From Candidatus Doudnabacteria bacterium (GTDB lineage Bacteria > Patescibacteriota > JAQUNI01), in the NCBI GenBank assembly GCA_041644975.1, contig JBAZQX010000002.1, forward strand, positions 20,603 to 84,602: 64,000 nucleotides of DNA, in the 5' to 3' direction. Shown here one piece after another: positions 30,205-39,784 of the stretch. The notes below the pieces were generated by a model, which worked only from the letters and a program-made list of their open reading frames with translations, was not told the DNA's origin and made no database searches. Each line of letters opens with the position of its first letter. Position 1 is the stretch's first letter. The translations under genes were made by a program, and so were the position numbers.

Positions 30205-31455
30205 ATGAGTCCAAAACAGAGAATTTACAATTTTTTGCGTTGGTCGGAAAAATATACCCAAACCGATATGGTTTACCTTGCTCGCGGCGGATTCTGGCTG
30301 ACCTTGGAGCAGGTTATTACTTCCCTTGCGGGAATCTTACTCGCTGTCGCCTTTGCCAACCTTTTGCCCAAAGAAACATATGGGGTTTACAGGTATGTTT
30401 TATCCTTGGTGGGTATTTTATCTGTTTTCAGCCTATCTGGTATGAACACGGCGATCGTGCGGGCTGTAGCGCGAGGATATGAGGGCGTGCTAGTGCCTGC
30501 TTTCAAAACGCGTTTGCGCTGGGGAGTCGCGGGGGGAATCTTAAGCTTGGGTTTGGCTGGCTTTTATTTTTTGAACAATAACCTTACTTTGGTTTTTTGC
30601 TTCTTGATCGCGGCTGTTTTTTTGCCTTTTATGGATTCCCTGACTATTTATGAATCCTTCTGGGCGGGAAAGAAACTTTTCAAGACGCGGGTCATTTATA
30701 ATATCCTCGTTCGTATCGTGGCGGTGATGGCTTTGGTCGCGACTTTGATTTTGACCCAAAATCTTCTTTTTATTCTTCTTGTCTATTTTTGCTTCTATAC
30801 CTTTCTACGCCTCTTTTGTTTTTGGATGACCATTAAGAAATCATCTTTTCAACAAAAACAAGATCTTGAGACCATCTCTTATGGCAAGCATTTAAGCCTA
30901 ATGAATGTGGTCGGAGTGGTGAGCAGTCAATTGGATAAAATCCTTCTTTGGCATTTTTTAGGCCCTGTGTCATTAGCCTCCTATGCTTTAGCCACTACTC
31001 CTTGTGAACACATTGGCAACCTGTTTAAAAATCTTACTCCTTTATCCTTGCCTAAGTTCAGTGAGCAGTCTTTAGGGGCAATTAAAGCCAAGCTGTTTAA
31101 AAAAACTGCCAAGCTTTTCCTTGCCGCGATTCCTCTTTTGGGTCTTTATATAATTTTAGCTCCTTGGATCTACAAATTTTTTTTTCCTGCTTATTTAGAG
31201 GCTGTTTCTTATTCTCAATTTTACACAGTGGCGATTCTGCTAATGATTCCTCAAGTGCCCTTGGGCGCTGTTTTGGCGGCGCAGATGAGGAAGAAAGAGC
31301 TTTATATTATAAAATTTACCTCTCCTTTGGTGCGCATTGTTTTAGTTCTGATTCTGGTTCCGCTGTATGGAATTTGGGGAGCAATCACTACTCTCATCTT
31401 TACTCAAGTGAGTAGTTTTATCTTGTTGTTGTTTTTTTTAAGAAGGATGCGGTAG
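30205..31455 (+). CDS. oligosaccharide flippase (Wzx/MOP superfamily polysaccharide biosynthesis protein)
   Basis: About 12 predicted TM helices with a Wzx-like N-terminal region. Confidence 0.75.
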   Translation: MSPKQRIYNFLRWSEKYTQTDMVYLARGGFWLTLEQVITSLAGILLAVAFANLLPKETYGVYRYVLSLVGILSVFSLSGMNTAIVRAVARGYEGVLVPAFKTRLRWGVAGGILSLGLAGFYFLNNNLTLVFCFLIAAVFLPFMDSLTIYESFWAGKKLFKTRVIYNILVRIVAVMALVATLILTQNLLFILLVYFCFYTFLRLFCFWMTIKKSSFQQKQDLETISYGKHLSLMNVVGVVSSQLDKILLWHFLGPVSLASYALATTPCEHIGNLFKNLTPLSLPKFSEQSLGAIKAKLFKKTAKLFLAAIPLLGLYIILAPWIYKFFFPAYLEAVSYSQFYTVAILLMIPQVPLGAVLAAQMRKKELYIIKFTSPLVRIVLVLILVPLYGIWGAITTLIFTQVSSFILLLFFLRRMR

Positions 31456-31539
31456 TGGGCCATTTCATTTAATTAATTTCCAGATACGCTGGACAATTTT
31501 GGAAGCTGCCCGGGATGCCGGCAGTGCTGTTTGAATATC

Positions 31540-32205
31540 TCATTTTCTTAAAATTATAAAGTATCCTCCATGAAATTTATTCAATTCTGGATTTTTTTTA
31601 ATTAAATTCATATCGTCGAAATTCACGATTAGATCCATTATAGGATAGAATAGTTTACAGAAATGTCTGATCCCAATGGGAAAATTTTTTATTAATGCTT
31701 TTTTCATATCCATCGCTACTGTGAAATATCTTCCCATAATTTCAAATTTCTCTATTTTAAATCCAACTTCCTTCAATTCTCTTTTCCACTTTTCTTCGGT
31801 CCATCTTTGGAAGTCATAAGGATCAGCATGGATGGAATATAAAAATGGAATTGATAAAATCATAACTCCATTTCTCTTTAAAGCTCGATAACATTCTCTT
31901 AGGCCCATCTCTATTTTTTCAACATGTTCAAAAAGTTCAATAGCATTTATAACATCTGTGGTTTCTGCTTCAATTCTGTTCATATCTGTAACATCTAAAA
32001 CAATATCTGGATTATGTTTTTTTTCGATATCGGCAAAAATCCATTTTTCTACTTTATCTTTTGGCTTTTTAAATTTTCCTCTATCTCTTCCGCCAATGTC
32101 TAAAACAACTCCTTGATAATAATGCTTATTTTTCTCTAAGAGCTTATCTAAAATTTTTCGTCTGTAGCTAGCCCAAAAATAATATTGAAGATTTTTTTTT
32201 ATCAT
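31540..32205 (-). CDS. class I SAM-dependent methyltransferase
   Basis: Motif I VLDIGGRDRG and the post-motif region RALKRNGVMILSIP. Confidence 0.7.
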   Translation of the reverse strand: MIKKNLQYYFWASYRRKILDKLLEKNKHYYQGVVLDIGGRDRGKFKKPKDKVEKWIFADIEKKHNPDIVLDVTDMNRIEAETTDVINAIELFEHVEKIEMGLRECYRALKRNGVMILSIPFLYSIHADPYDFQRWTEEKWKRELKEVGFKIEKFEIMGRYFTVAMDMKKALIKNFPIGIRHFCKLFYPIMDLIVNFDDMNLIKKNPELNKFHGGYFIILRK

Positions 32206-33425
32206 GGTGTTTGTTCATTAAATCCTAACTCTTTATCAATTCCTAAAATTTGTGAAATTATCGAAATTCCCCATAAAAACACACAGGTTCCATGAATATC
32301 GGGTTCATTTAAACCCCTGGTAATTTTTGCTCCGTAGTAATAAATATTTGCTTTATTCGGCAAAAAGGAAAAACCACCGATTGCTGGGAAATAATATCTT
32401 TTGTAAATTTCTAATCTATCTTCCGCGAATACTTTAATTTCATTAACCCGATAGCTATTTCCCGCAACTTTATTCGCGTAATGTAAAACATAAATAATAT
32501 TGAAATTATCACAGGCATGCTTATTATTTTTTGCCCCGTTAGAGAAAGCCACCGATTTTAACCCCGTTAGAAGTCCACACCAAAGGTGCGACAATCGCCT
32601 TTGGCGATTTACTTCTAACGGGGCTAGAGAATGAGGTTCTCTAACGGGGTTTGCCGACAAACATAAATCTATTAATTTTTCTGGATATTTGAAATTCATT
32701 TTTTCCGCGACTTTCAATCCGGTAATGATTTTCATCGCCCCATTGATTTTTTGTTGTAAGGAGGGGTGTCCCTGGTACCAAGCGCCATCTTGAGGGTTTT
32801 GCTGTTCGTTAATCCATTTGATCGCAGTATTAGTAAGTTCGTTTTTATTAGTAAGATCGCTGTTTTGAAGAAAAAACAAGAGATGAGAAAAGTGGCTCCC
32901 CGCATGCCAGGGTTTTTGCCAATTTAGCTTTGATAGATATTTTATGATTCCTTTCCTTCCTTTATCAGGATTTCCAACTTTGTTTTGAGGAACCTCCCCA
33001 TCCAAATTTTTGGTGTGGGGGTCTAAAAGTTTAAGGCTGGAAATTGCTTGCCGAGTTTCGGCGCGCATTAGCTCTTTACCAAAGATATTCTGGAGATTCT
33101 TATTTTTAAGGGTGAGCAGTAAATTTTTTTTCCAAGCCAATCTTCTGATGAGGGGATCACAAATAGCGCCATCCTTTTTTTGAAAACTTTTTATAAAGGA
33201 AGCCATCGTTTTCTTTTGTTCTTCTGATAGACTTTTTAGTAAGCCCAAAGTGGCATAGATTTTAATGGCAAACACTGTGTTGCCTAATCCCCATTTTATA
33301 TTTTCATTATATAAATCGCTGCTTAGAGAATAATGAAAAAAACCGGGTGTGATTTTACCCTTTAATTGTTCCAAGAAAAGAGGCACTCTTTTTTTTAAAT
33401 CAAAAATCCAATCGCAAGTTTTCAC
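32202..33425 (-). CDS. hypothetical alpha/alpha-toroid (prenyltransferase/terpene-cyclase-like repeat) protein carrying an in-frame MITE insertion
   Basis: QxxDG(A/G)W-like repeats (KKDGAICD, QDGAWYQG). Codons for NPVREPHSLAPLEVNRQRRLSHLWCGLLTGLKSVAFS are encoded by the family-A palindrome at 32533-32652. Confidence 0.45.
   Translation of the reverse strand: MKTCDWIFDLKKRVPLFLEQLKGKITPGFFHYSLSSDLYNENIKWGLGNTVFAIKIYATLGLLKSLSEEQKKTMASFIKSFQKKDGAICDPLIRRLAWKKNLLLTLKNKNLQNIFGKELMRAETRQAISSLKLLDPHTKNLDGEVPQNKVGNPDKGRKGIIKYLSKLNWQKPWHAGSHFSHLLFFLQNSDLTNKNELTNTAIKWINEQQNPQDGAWYQGHPSLQQKINGAMKIITGLKVAEKMNFKYPEKLIDLCLSANPVREPHSLAPLEVNRQRRLSHLWCGLLTGLKSVAFSNGAKNNKHACDNFNIIYVLHYANKVAGNSYRVNEIKVFAEDRLEIYKRYYFPAIGGFSFLPNKANIYYYGAKITRGLNEPDIHGTCVFLWGISIISQILGIDKELGFNEQTP
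32533..32652. repeat. MITE-like element family A, copy 3, nested palindrome inside a CDS (frame preserved)
   Basis: Outer arms ccccgttagagaa / ttctctaacgggg, inner arms ccccgttagaagt / acttctaacgggg, core ccaaagg..cctttgg. Confidence 0.55.
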
Positions 33426-33440
33426 AAATTTGGTGATTTT

Positions 33441-34085
33441 TTAGCAGAGACTTTGCCCGCAAGGTCTCTTTTGGCAAAGAATGAGATAATGGTAAGGATT
33501 TTCCGGGACAGGATAGTTTTTCACAATTTTAAATCCAATCCGTTCCACATCCCTCAAAATTTTTTTTAATGGATATCCCTTTTTGCCGATTTCCCAATAA
33601 TGCTGACCGTTAAATGTATGAGGACGCGGGAAGAAGTTAAAAATTTTCACCCAAGACATTGGTTTTAGAAAAGGGAAAAGGTGAACATTAAAGTAAGGCT
33701 TAAAGGTGCCGCGTGATGTGTAGGGCAGGCTTATAAGGAGATATTCTTTTGTCAGGGAATAGAGGTTTTCGAGGGCGAGAGCGAAGCTAGAATAGGGCAG
33801 ATGTTCCAGCACTTGGCAGCATAAAACTAAATCAAACATTTCTGGGGGTAATCCTTTGGATTGAATGATGTCTATCAGAAAATCGGGTCGTGTCTTAGAG
33901 TTTGAGTCTAAGGTTTTTACTTCATAACCTATTTTAAAAAGGGTGTCGGCAACGATTTTGTTCCCCGATCCAACTTCTAAAACGGAGTGAACGTTTTTTA
34001 AGGACGCCGCCTCCTTGATTTGATACCAATAAGAAATCCACCTTTTTTTCTGCAAGTAATTGAGCGTCAAATAAGGCATAGTCAT
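33441..34085 (-). CDS. class I SAM-dependent methyltransferase
   Basis: VLEVGSGNKIVADTL ... DLVLCCQVLEHLP. Confidence 0.75.
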   Translation of the reverse strand: MTMPYLTLNYLQKKRWISYWYQIKEAASLKNVHSVLEVGSGNKIVADTLFKIGYEVKTLDSNSKTRPDFLIDIIQSKGLPPEMFDLVLCCQVLEHLPYSSFALALENLYSLTKEYLLISLPYTSRGTFKPYFNVHLFPFLKPMSWVKIFNFFPRPHTFNGQHYWEIGKKGYPLKKILRDVERIGFKIVKNYPVPENPYHYLILCQKRPCGQSLC

Positions 34086-34087
34086 TG

Positions 34088-35170
34088 TTATTGGAGTAGT
34101 TTTTCCTTGAGGTATAATGTTTTTTGAAGAATTTGGTAAGTGGTAGAATAAGAAGGTAATTTATGTCCGACTAATCTTTTCCCAGAGAGGATTTTTTGTT
34201 TATGCTTTATTAAAGCGGTAAAAAGATGAAGATAACCTTGCGCCATTTTGTTTGCTGTATGGGGATATTGGAGCATTTTCTGTGCCCAAAGATGATAGTT
34301 TTCTCGCATTTCTCCAAGCTTCTGGGGGAAATCTTGGATGCCGCAAAAAGGGATCCCGAACCCTTGGCAGTATTCAGGGAGCGCTCCTTCCTGTCGGTAT
34401 AAGAGAGGAAGGCCACACAAGCCCCCCTCAATGTGATGCATACCCGCAGGTTCGTTCCTAGAAGCAGTGAGGTAGACGTGGTTTTTTTTAATTTCATTGG
34501 CTAACATCTGACCGCTTTGAGGGGGAATGACTTTGGTTTTTTTGAATTCAATCCCTCGCGGCAGGTTGCCGATGAATGTGAACTGAATTTGGTTTTGCCT
34601 GTTTTTATTTAGTTGCGCGTCTAAAGCAAGATAAATATCAAAACCTTTATTCCAATGCGCGCCCCAGTGATGAGTAACGAGGCGCAAAGGTCCTTTGCGC
34701 TCCCATCTTTGATAGCCTATGGGGTTGAAGATTTTCTCATCTGCTCCATTTAAAATCACGGTTGATTTGTGTTTTAAATTATGGTCTTGCCGGAGAAATA
34801 AGTTTTGCAGCCACGCCGAGATAAAAATCACGTGATCAGCCCATTTTACATGTTGGAGGATGAATCTGTTTAAGAGTTTAATTTTTTGCCCTTTTCTTTC
34901 GTCACATTCATTCACTCGGAGAACAATTAAGGTATTGGGTTTTTTACGAAGATATTGCGTCACAGCCCTGGCATCAAAGGCGCACACCTTGAGCCATTGC
35001 CGAGTTTCCGTCAGGAGAATGAGGTCAATATCAGGGTCTTTTAAATTATGCACTACAGCGGTCTTTTTGTTTTTTAAGAAATTTATTAGGGCTTGACCAA
35101 ACATATTGCCTCCGCCGAAAGGCCCTTTTTGGAGGTTCATTCCGATCGCAATTTTAAATTTTTCATTCAT
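34088..35170 (-). CDS. GT-B fold glycosyltransferase (GT4-like)
   Basis: The C-terminal half carries an E-x7-E-like region ASRNEPAGMHHIEGGLCGLPLL. The gene is operon-packed between a GT4 and a methyltransferase gene. Confidence 0.55.
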   Translation of the reverse strand: MNEKFKIAIGMNLQKGPFGGGNMFGQALINFLKNKKTAVVHNLKDPDIDLILLTETRQWLKVCAFDARAVTQYLRKKPNTLIVLRVNECDERKGQKIKLLNRFILQHVKWADHVIFISAWLQNLFLRQDHNLKHKSTVILNGADEKIFNPIGYQRWERKGPLRLVTHHWGAHWNKGFDIYLALDAQLNKNRQNQIQFTFIGNLPRGIEFKKTKVIPPQSGQMLANEIKKNHVYLTASRNEPAGMHHIEGGLCGLPLLYRQEGALPEYCQGFGIPFCGIQDFPQKLGEMRENYHLWAQKMLQYPHTANKMAQGYLHLFTALIKHKQKILSGKRLVGHKLPSYSTTYQILQKTLYLKEKLLQ

Positions 35171-36231
35171 AGCAATTGAGCATAAATCTCTTGATAATAT
35201 CTGCGGATAATTTTAGACCAGCCGTATTGTTGCACCTTTTTGAGCGCATTCTGAATGATTTTTTCTCGCAGGAATTGATCTTGAACCATCTTTTCGCTGG
35301 CGGCGACAATACTTTTGATGTCCGTCGGCTCAGCTAAGAGGATGTCTTCAGTATTTTTCGCAAGATCAGGCACCATCCCTACCGCAGTGCTGACGATAGG
35401 CACGCCGCTTGCCCAAGCTTCAAGAAGAGCACTCGGCCCGCCTTCAATCCGTGAAGTAATAAGATATAAATCAAGGGCATTATACATCTTCCCGATGTCC
35501 GAGTAGTTTTTGAGATAAAAGTGTTTATAAGGAATACCCGCCCTTGTCAAGCCTTGCTTAACATAACCGCGGCTGGGACCAGTTAAAAAAATAAAGGGCT
35601 TGTATTTTTTGAGCGCCGTCACCGTTTGTAAAAAAATATCTGGCCCTTTAATGAGCTTAGGTTGCAAGCCTTGGCCCCAACCAATGCCGTCTTTTTGAAA
35701 AGAGCCAATAATGAGTCGCTTTTGAGGCAGACCCAGAGCCCCTCTTATTTTTAGTTTTTGATGGACGGACACGGGTCGGAAGAGATTCAAATCCACGCCG
35801 AGGGGAATAGTAATTATCTTTTTTGATGGCAAACCAAATCGCAAGAGCCTCTCTTTAGTAGATTGGCAAGAGGTATGGAAAAGATCCACATACTTCGCGG
35901 CCTTTTTAATCCATTTTATTCCGGGATCAAGAGGCATAAGATGAAAGCAGCTCAACACGATTTTATTGGAAGAGTGCAACTTTAGAAATCCTTTTTGGGT
36001 GCAGAAGGTATGGAGAGAGCCAAAGTGGATGATTTGTTTTTTTAATCCCCAAGGAGTGGTGGTGGTGTGAGCCTGCAATAGCCTAAGACTTCTCATATTT
36101 TCCGTGATGTCTTTACCCATTCTGTTAATGATCCAGTCGGCATTTTCCACAATATAAAATAGCTGGCTAGATTCTTTGGCGCCAAGATTAAGGAGGAGGT
36201 CTTTTAAAATTTTGATTGGACGGCTGCCCAT
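35167..36231 (-). CDS. glycosyltransferase family 4
   Basis: RIEGGPSALLEAWASGVPIVST (GT4 EX7E motif). Confidence 0.8.
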   Translation of the reverse strand: MGSRPIKILKDLLLNLGAKESSQLFYIVENADWIINRMGKDITENMRSLRLLQAHTTTTPWGLKKQIIHFGSLHTFCTQKGFLKLHSSNKIVLSCFHLMPLDPGIKWIKKAAKYVDLFHTSCQSTKERLLRFGLPSKKIITIPLGVDLNLFRPVSVHQKLKIRGALGLPQKRLIIGSFQKDGIGWGQGLQPKLIKGPDIFLQTVTALKKYKPFIFLTGPSRGYVKQGLTRAGIPYKHFYLKNYSDIGKMYNALDLYLITSRIEGGPSALLEAWASGVPIVSTAVGMVPDLAKNTEDILLAEPTDIKSIVAASEKMVQDQFLREKIIQNALKKVQQYGWSKIIRRYYQEIYAQLL

Positions 36232-36878
36232 ATTTCACCAAATTGAATGGAATAATTTTCTATTATTAAACCGGCTTTTTGTAATTCATCTTTAAAAGAT
36301 TTTAGGGTATATTCAATAAAATGAGTTTTATCGAGTCTCCATTCTACGCCCAATTCTTTTTTATATAAAGTTATCCAATCCCTGTTTATCATTGGCGCTC
36401 TAATTAAAATTTTTGGAGCCAGAATTTTAATTTTTCTTAAAAAATCTGTCCGCTTTTCAATATGCTCCAAAACATTGGATAAAACAATGATGTCAAATTT
36501 CAAGCTATTTTCAATATGAGTGATATTTCCTTCCCTATATTCTATATTCGGCGCATTATAGTTTTTCTTTGCCCAAGTAATATTTTTTTTATTAAAATCA
36601 ATCGCCAAAATGTACTTCGCCTTTTCGGCGAGGTCGCGCGTTAAGGTTCCGTTACCGCACCCAAGATCCAAAACCCGACTTCCTTCTAAAATATGATTCA
36701 GAAAAAATTGGTGATAGCGCATAATCCTGTGCTTGGGATGTTCGCAGTGATTGAATTTCACGGCCGTTTCAGAGATTAAACGGTAAATAAAATTATCAGT
36801 GAGGAGTAACATCTTGAGGATAAATTTTGGCAAGATTTTTTCTCCCATATGTTCTAGAAAGTTTTCTGAAAGATGCAA
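36204..36878 (-). CDS. class I SAM-dependent methyltransferase
   Basis: VLDLGCGNGTLT ... DIIVLSNVLEHIE. Confidence 0.75.
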   Translation of the reverse strand: MHLSENFLEHMGEKILPKFILKMLLLTDNFIYRLISETAVKFNHCEHPKHRIMRYHQFFLNHILEGSRVLDLGCGNGTLTRDLAEKAKYILAIDFNKKNITWAKKNYNAPNIEYREGNITHIENSLKFDIIVLSNVLEHIEKRTDFLRKIKILAPKILIRAPMINRDWITLYKKELGVEWRLDKTHFIEYTLKSFKDELQKAGLIIENYSIQFGEIWAAVQSKF

Positions 36879-37654
36879 AGGAGAGAATGGGCGGCAATTC
36901 TGGAGAAGAGAAGGGAGAGCAGGAAGTTCGCCCCCTTCATTGCGGAATTTTGAGAGTCATACAGTTTTTGAAGAACAGGTTTTATAATGCCGCATTCATC
37001 TTTAAGTCCCTTGGTGCCGTCTAGGTAATGTTGAGCGATTAAGGTCAATCCTCTTTTTTCTATATCTTTTTTCACTTGATCCGCGTCCAGCGCAAATTGA
37101 TAAAAATCTTTTTGTAAATCTGGATTTTCCTTCCATAAAGGGTAAAAGTTTAATCTAGCTTTAATTTTTCGGAGAGGAGACATATAAGGAAAGCTCAAAA
37201 AAAGAAAGCCATCTTTTCTGAGAACGCGCGCCATCTCGTCAATAATTCTTTCATAACCCGCGTAGAAGTGCTCAATGACGCCAATTGACCAGTAACCATC
37301 AAAATAGCCATTTGGGATTTCAAGATGTCTAAGATCCCCCACTTGAATATTTAATTGAGGAAAATGTTTTTTTACCCGCTTTATGGTTTGGGACGCGTAA
37401 TCTATCCCTTGGGCGTTAAACCCTTTCTTCAAGAGCTTGTATACATTTTGACCTCTCCCGCAGCCGCCTTCTAAGATTCTACTTCCGCGGGGGAGGAATT
37501 TTTTGGTATATTTTACGACCAGATCAAAAGAGGAGTTTTGAGCGTATAATTTCTGAATGTTATATCTCCTCCAATGTTGATCCCAAAAGAGGGGATCAGC
37601 TCGGGTATCAATAAAAATTAACTGACGCAAAGTTGGATCAAAATATTGGTTCAC
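36854..37654 (-). CDS. class I SAM-dependent methyltransferase
   Basis: ILEGGCGRGQNV ... VIEHF ... LRKDGFLFLSFPY. Confidence 0.75.
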   Translation of the reverse strand: MNQYFDPTLRQLIFIDTRADPLFWDQHWRRYNIQKLYAQNSSFDLVVKYTKKFLPRGSRILEGGCGRGQNVYKLLKKGFNAQGIDYASQTIKRVKKHFPQLNIQVGDLRHLEIPNGYFDGYWSIGVIEHFYAGYERIIDEMARVLRKDGFLFLSFPYMSPLRKIKARLNFYPLWKENPDLQKDFYQFALDADQVKKDIEKRGLTLIAQHYLDGTKGLKDECGIIKPVLQKLYDSQNSAMKGANFLLSLLFSRIAAHSLLCIFQKTF

Positions 37655-38782
37655 TTATTTGAATAAAAGTTCATAGATCTTAATTTCCTGCTTGGCAATA
37701 TTTTTAAGATTAAATCTTTTTTTTACTGTTTGTCTGGCTTGGTTGCCCAATCTATTTCGCAGATGGTCATCTTGGACTAGATTCTGAATCCCTTCGCGCA
37801 TACTTTTTACGTTTGGGTTCACTAAATATCCGTTAACATTATGTTGGATTACTTCTTTTATCCCTTCAATGTTGGTGCCCAAGCAAGCCAAGCCGCAAGC
37901 CATTGCTTCAATCAGAGTTTTAGGTAAGCCTTCGTACAGGGAGGGAAGCACATATATTTTGTAGCGATTAAGGATGGCAGGCAAATTTTGATGGGGGATG
38001 ATGCCTAAAAATTGGATTGAGACATTCAAGCTTCGCGCAAATTTTTCCAGTTTGTCTTTTAATTTACCCTGGCCGATGATGTCTAATTTAAGGTTGGTGC
38101 ATTGAAGAGCCCTCACTAGATTAAACAGATTTTTTTGGGGGTGGAGGCGACCCACATAAACGATGGACTTCGCGAGTTTAGGAACGTAAAGCTGGGGTTT
38201 AAAAAGATCAGTGTCCACATAGTTAGCGAGCACAATTAATTTAGTTGAAGATAAGTGATACTGCTTTTGTAAGTAGGCTTTATCCGCGGCGGAGGAGACT
38301 AAAGCTGAATCGCAAACGCGGTAAAGCCAGGCTTCAAGGATGACAGTAAAAAGGCGCAGGATTTTGTTCTCTTCCTTGGCAAAAAGCGACCAAGTGAAGC
38401 CAGTGCGGAAAATAAATTTTCCCCTGCGATTACACGTTAATTTAGAGAGATAAGCGCTCCAGGCGCCATTAGCCTGATTGGATTTAAAAAAAGAACAGCT
38501 TTTCAGAATATGACGGTGGCACAAAGGAATAAGAAGAGAATAGAGAAAGTCTGGTAGTCTGCTGTTTTTGAAAATGATTTCAATATTGGAAGCAAGATAC
38601 TTTTGAAAGGCTAGCTCTTGTTTGTTGCCATAAGTGAAAAAATATATTTTTTGGAATTGAGAAGCCAAGAGATTGTAAAGAGCAATCTCTCGTTTTAAGA
38701 GACCTGTTTCTGACCATTTTTTTAAAGAAAGGCCGCAGGTAAGAAAGAAAGCCAGATTTTTATTCCGTGTCTTGGGTGGCAT
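37655..38782 (-). CDS. glycosyltransferase family 4
   Basis: YVLPSLYEGLPKTLIEAMACGLACLGT. Confidence 0.8.
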   Translation of the reverse strand: MPPKTRNKNLAFFLTCGLSLKKWSETGLLKREIALYNLLASQFQKIYFFTYGNKQELAFQKYLASNIEIIFKNSRLPDFLYSLLIPLCHRHILKSCSFFKSNQANGAWSAYLSKLTCNRRGKFIFRTGFTWSLFAKEENKILRLFTVILEAWLYRVCDSALVSSAADKAYLQKQYHLSSTKLIVLANYVDTDLFKPQLYVPKLAKSIVYVGRLHPQKNLFNLVRALQCTNLKLDIIGQGKLKDKLEKFARSLNVSIQFLGIIPHQNLPAILNRYKIYVLPSLYEGLPKTLIEAMACGLACLGTNIEGIKEVIQHNVNGYLVNPNVKSMREGIQNLVQDDHLRNRLGNQARQTVKKRFNLKNIAKQEIKIYELLFK

Positions 38783-38836
38783 AGGAGTAATTTATCCCCA
38801 CACCATCCGCCTTAGGCGGATTGGCGGGGGGATGTA

Positions 38837-39658
38837 CTAAGTCCGCCGCTTCAAAAGGTGGGTTAAAAAAATTCTTGTCTGGAAAGACAGGAAGGGCGCT
38901 CTCACTTTTGTCTTTTCTAGGATGGTTTGGGGGTTGAAAAGGTTGCATTGATCCTGTCCCCATTTTAACCTTTGATTATAGAACTCTCTGGCTTTTTGAG
39001 CAAACCTTTTTTGGATTTTGAGATTTTTAAAACTTAAAGAGCCGCGGTAATAACGATATTTAATTAAGCATTGTGGCAGATTGGTAATTTTTTTTCCGGC
39101 CGTTAAAAGGGTTAAGTAAAGGTCATAGTCTTGGGCGTAATAAAATTTTTCGCGATATACGCTCTGTTTGTTGCGGAACATAATTGAGGGATGAAGGACG
39201 CAGTTACGGCGGGTCAAAGTCTGCGCTGTCTTTTGGGGATTATTCTTTTTTAAATAATGGCCGATTTTTTTACCTTGACCATCAATGAGTACAGCGGAAC
39301 TGCCGATTAAAGATATTTCAGGGCGGTTTTCCAAGTAAGAATATTGAATTTGCAAACGTTCAGGAAAGGAGAGATCATCCGCGTCCTGCCGGGCGATGTA
39401 TTTGCCGCGGGCGACCTTCAGTCCCTCGTTTAAAGAACGGGTTAAGCCAAGATTGTGATCGTTCTTGATGATCTTTATTCTTGGATCCTGACCCGCGAAC
39501 TTTTTTACTATTGACGAAGAATCATCTTCTGAAGCATCGTCAATGATAATAAATTCAAAGTTCGCGAAGCTTTGGTTTAAAATAGAAGAGATGCTGCCGG
39601 CTAGGTATTGGGCGCCATTGAAAACAGACATGATAATCGAGATTTTTGGATGCTTCAT
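38837..39658 (-). CDS. glycosyltransferase family 2
   Basis: ISIIMSVFNGAQYL ... IIIDDASEDDS, with the DxD motif RQDADD. The start is taken as MKHPKISII. The longest ORF extends to 39715 through a palindrome. Confidence 0.8.
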   Translation of the reverse strand: MKHPKISIIMSVFNGAQYLAGSISSILNQSFANFEFIIIDDASEDDSSSIVKKFAGQDPRIKIIKNDHNLGLTRSLNEGLKVARGKYIARQDADDLSFPERLQIQYSYLENRPEISLIGSSAVLIDGQGKKIGHYLKKNNPQKTAQTLTRRNCVLHPSIMFRNKQSVYREKFYYAQDYDLYLTLLTAGKKITNLPQCLIKYRYYRGSLSFKNLKIQKRFAQKAREFYNQRLKWGQDQCNLFNPQTILEKTKVRAPFLSFQTRIFLTHLLKRRT

Positions 39659-39676
39659 AATAAAAAATGTAAGAGG

Positions 39677-39713
39677 TCGCGCTTGCCTGCCGGCAGGCAA
39701 GCGAAAGCGCGAC
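39677..39713. repeat. nested GC-rich palindrome (core cttgcctgccggcaggcaag) in GT2 5-prime region
   Basis: Perfect 20-bp palindrome at 39682-39701 flanked by gtcgcgc / gcgcgac. Further hairpins (gtcagac..gtctgac) lie at 39730-39770. Confidence 0.45.
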
Positions 39714-39784
39714 ACGGTATTAAGATTGTCAGACTTTCGTCCTTACAGGACCTTCGGTCTGACCTCCAATTAGTTTTGGAATTA

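Noticed and set aside
38760-38963. 67-aa minus-strand ORF between GT4 and GT2 genes
   Set aside because: It is encoded largely by the family-B palindrome (atccgccttaggcggat) and a GC-rich hairpin. It is likely an intergenic repeat, not a gene.
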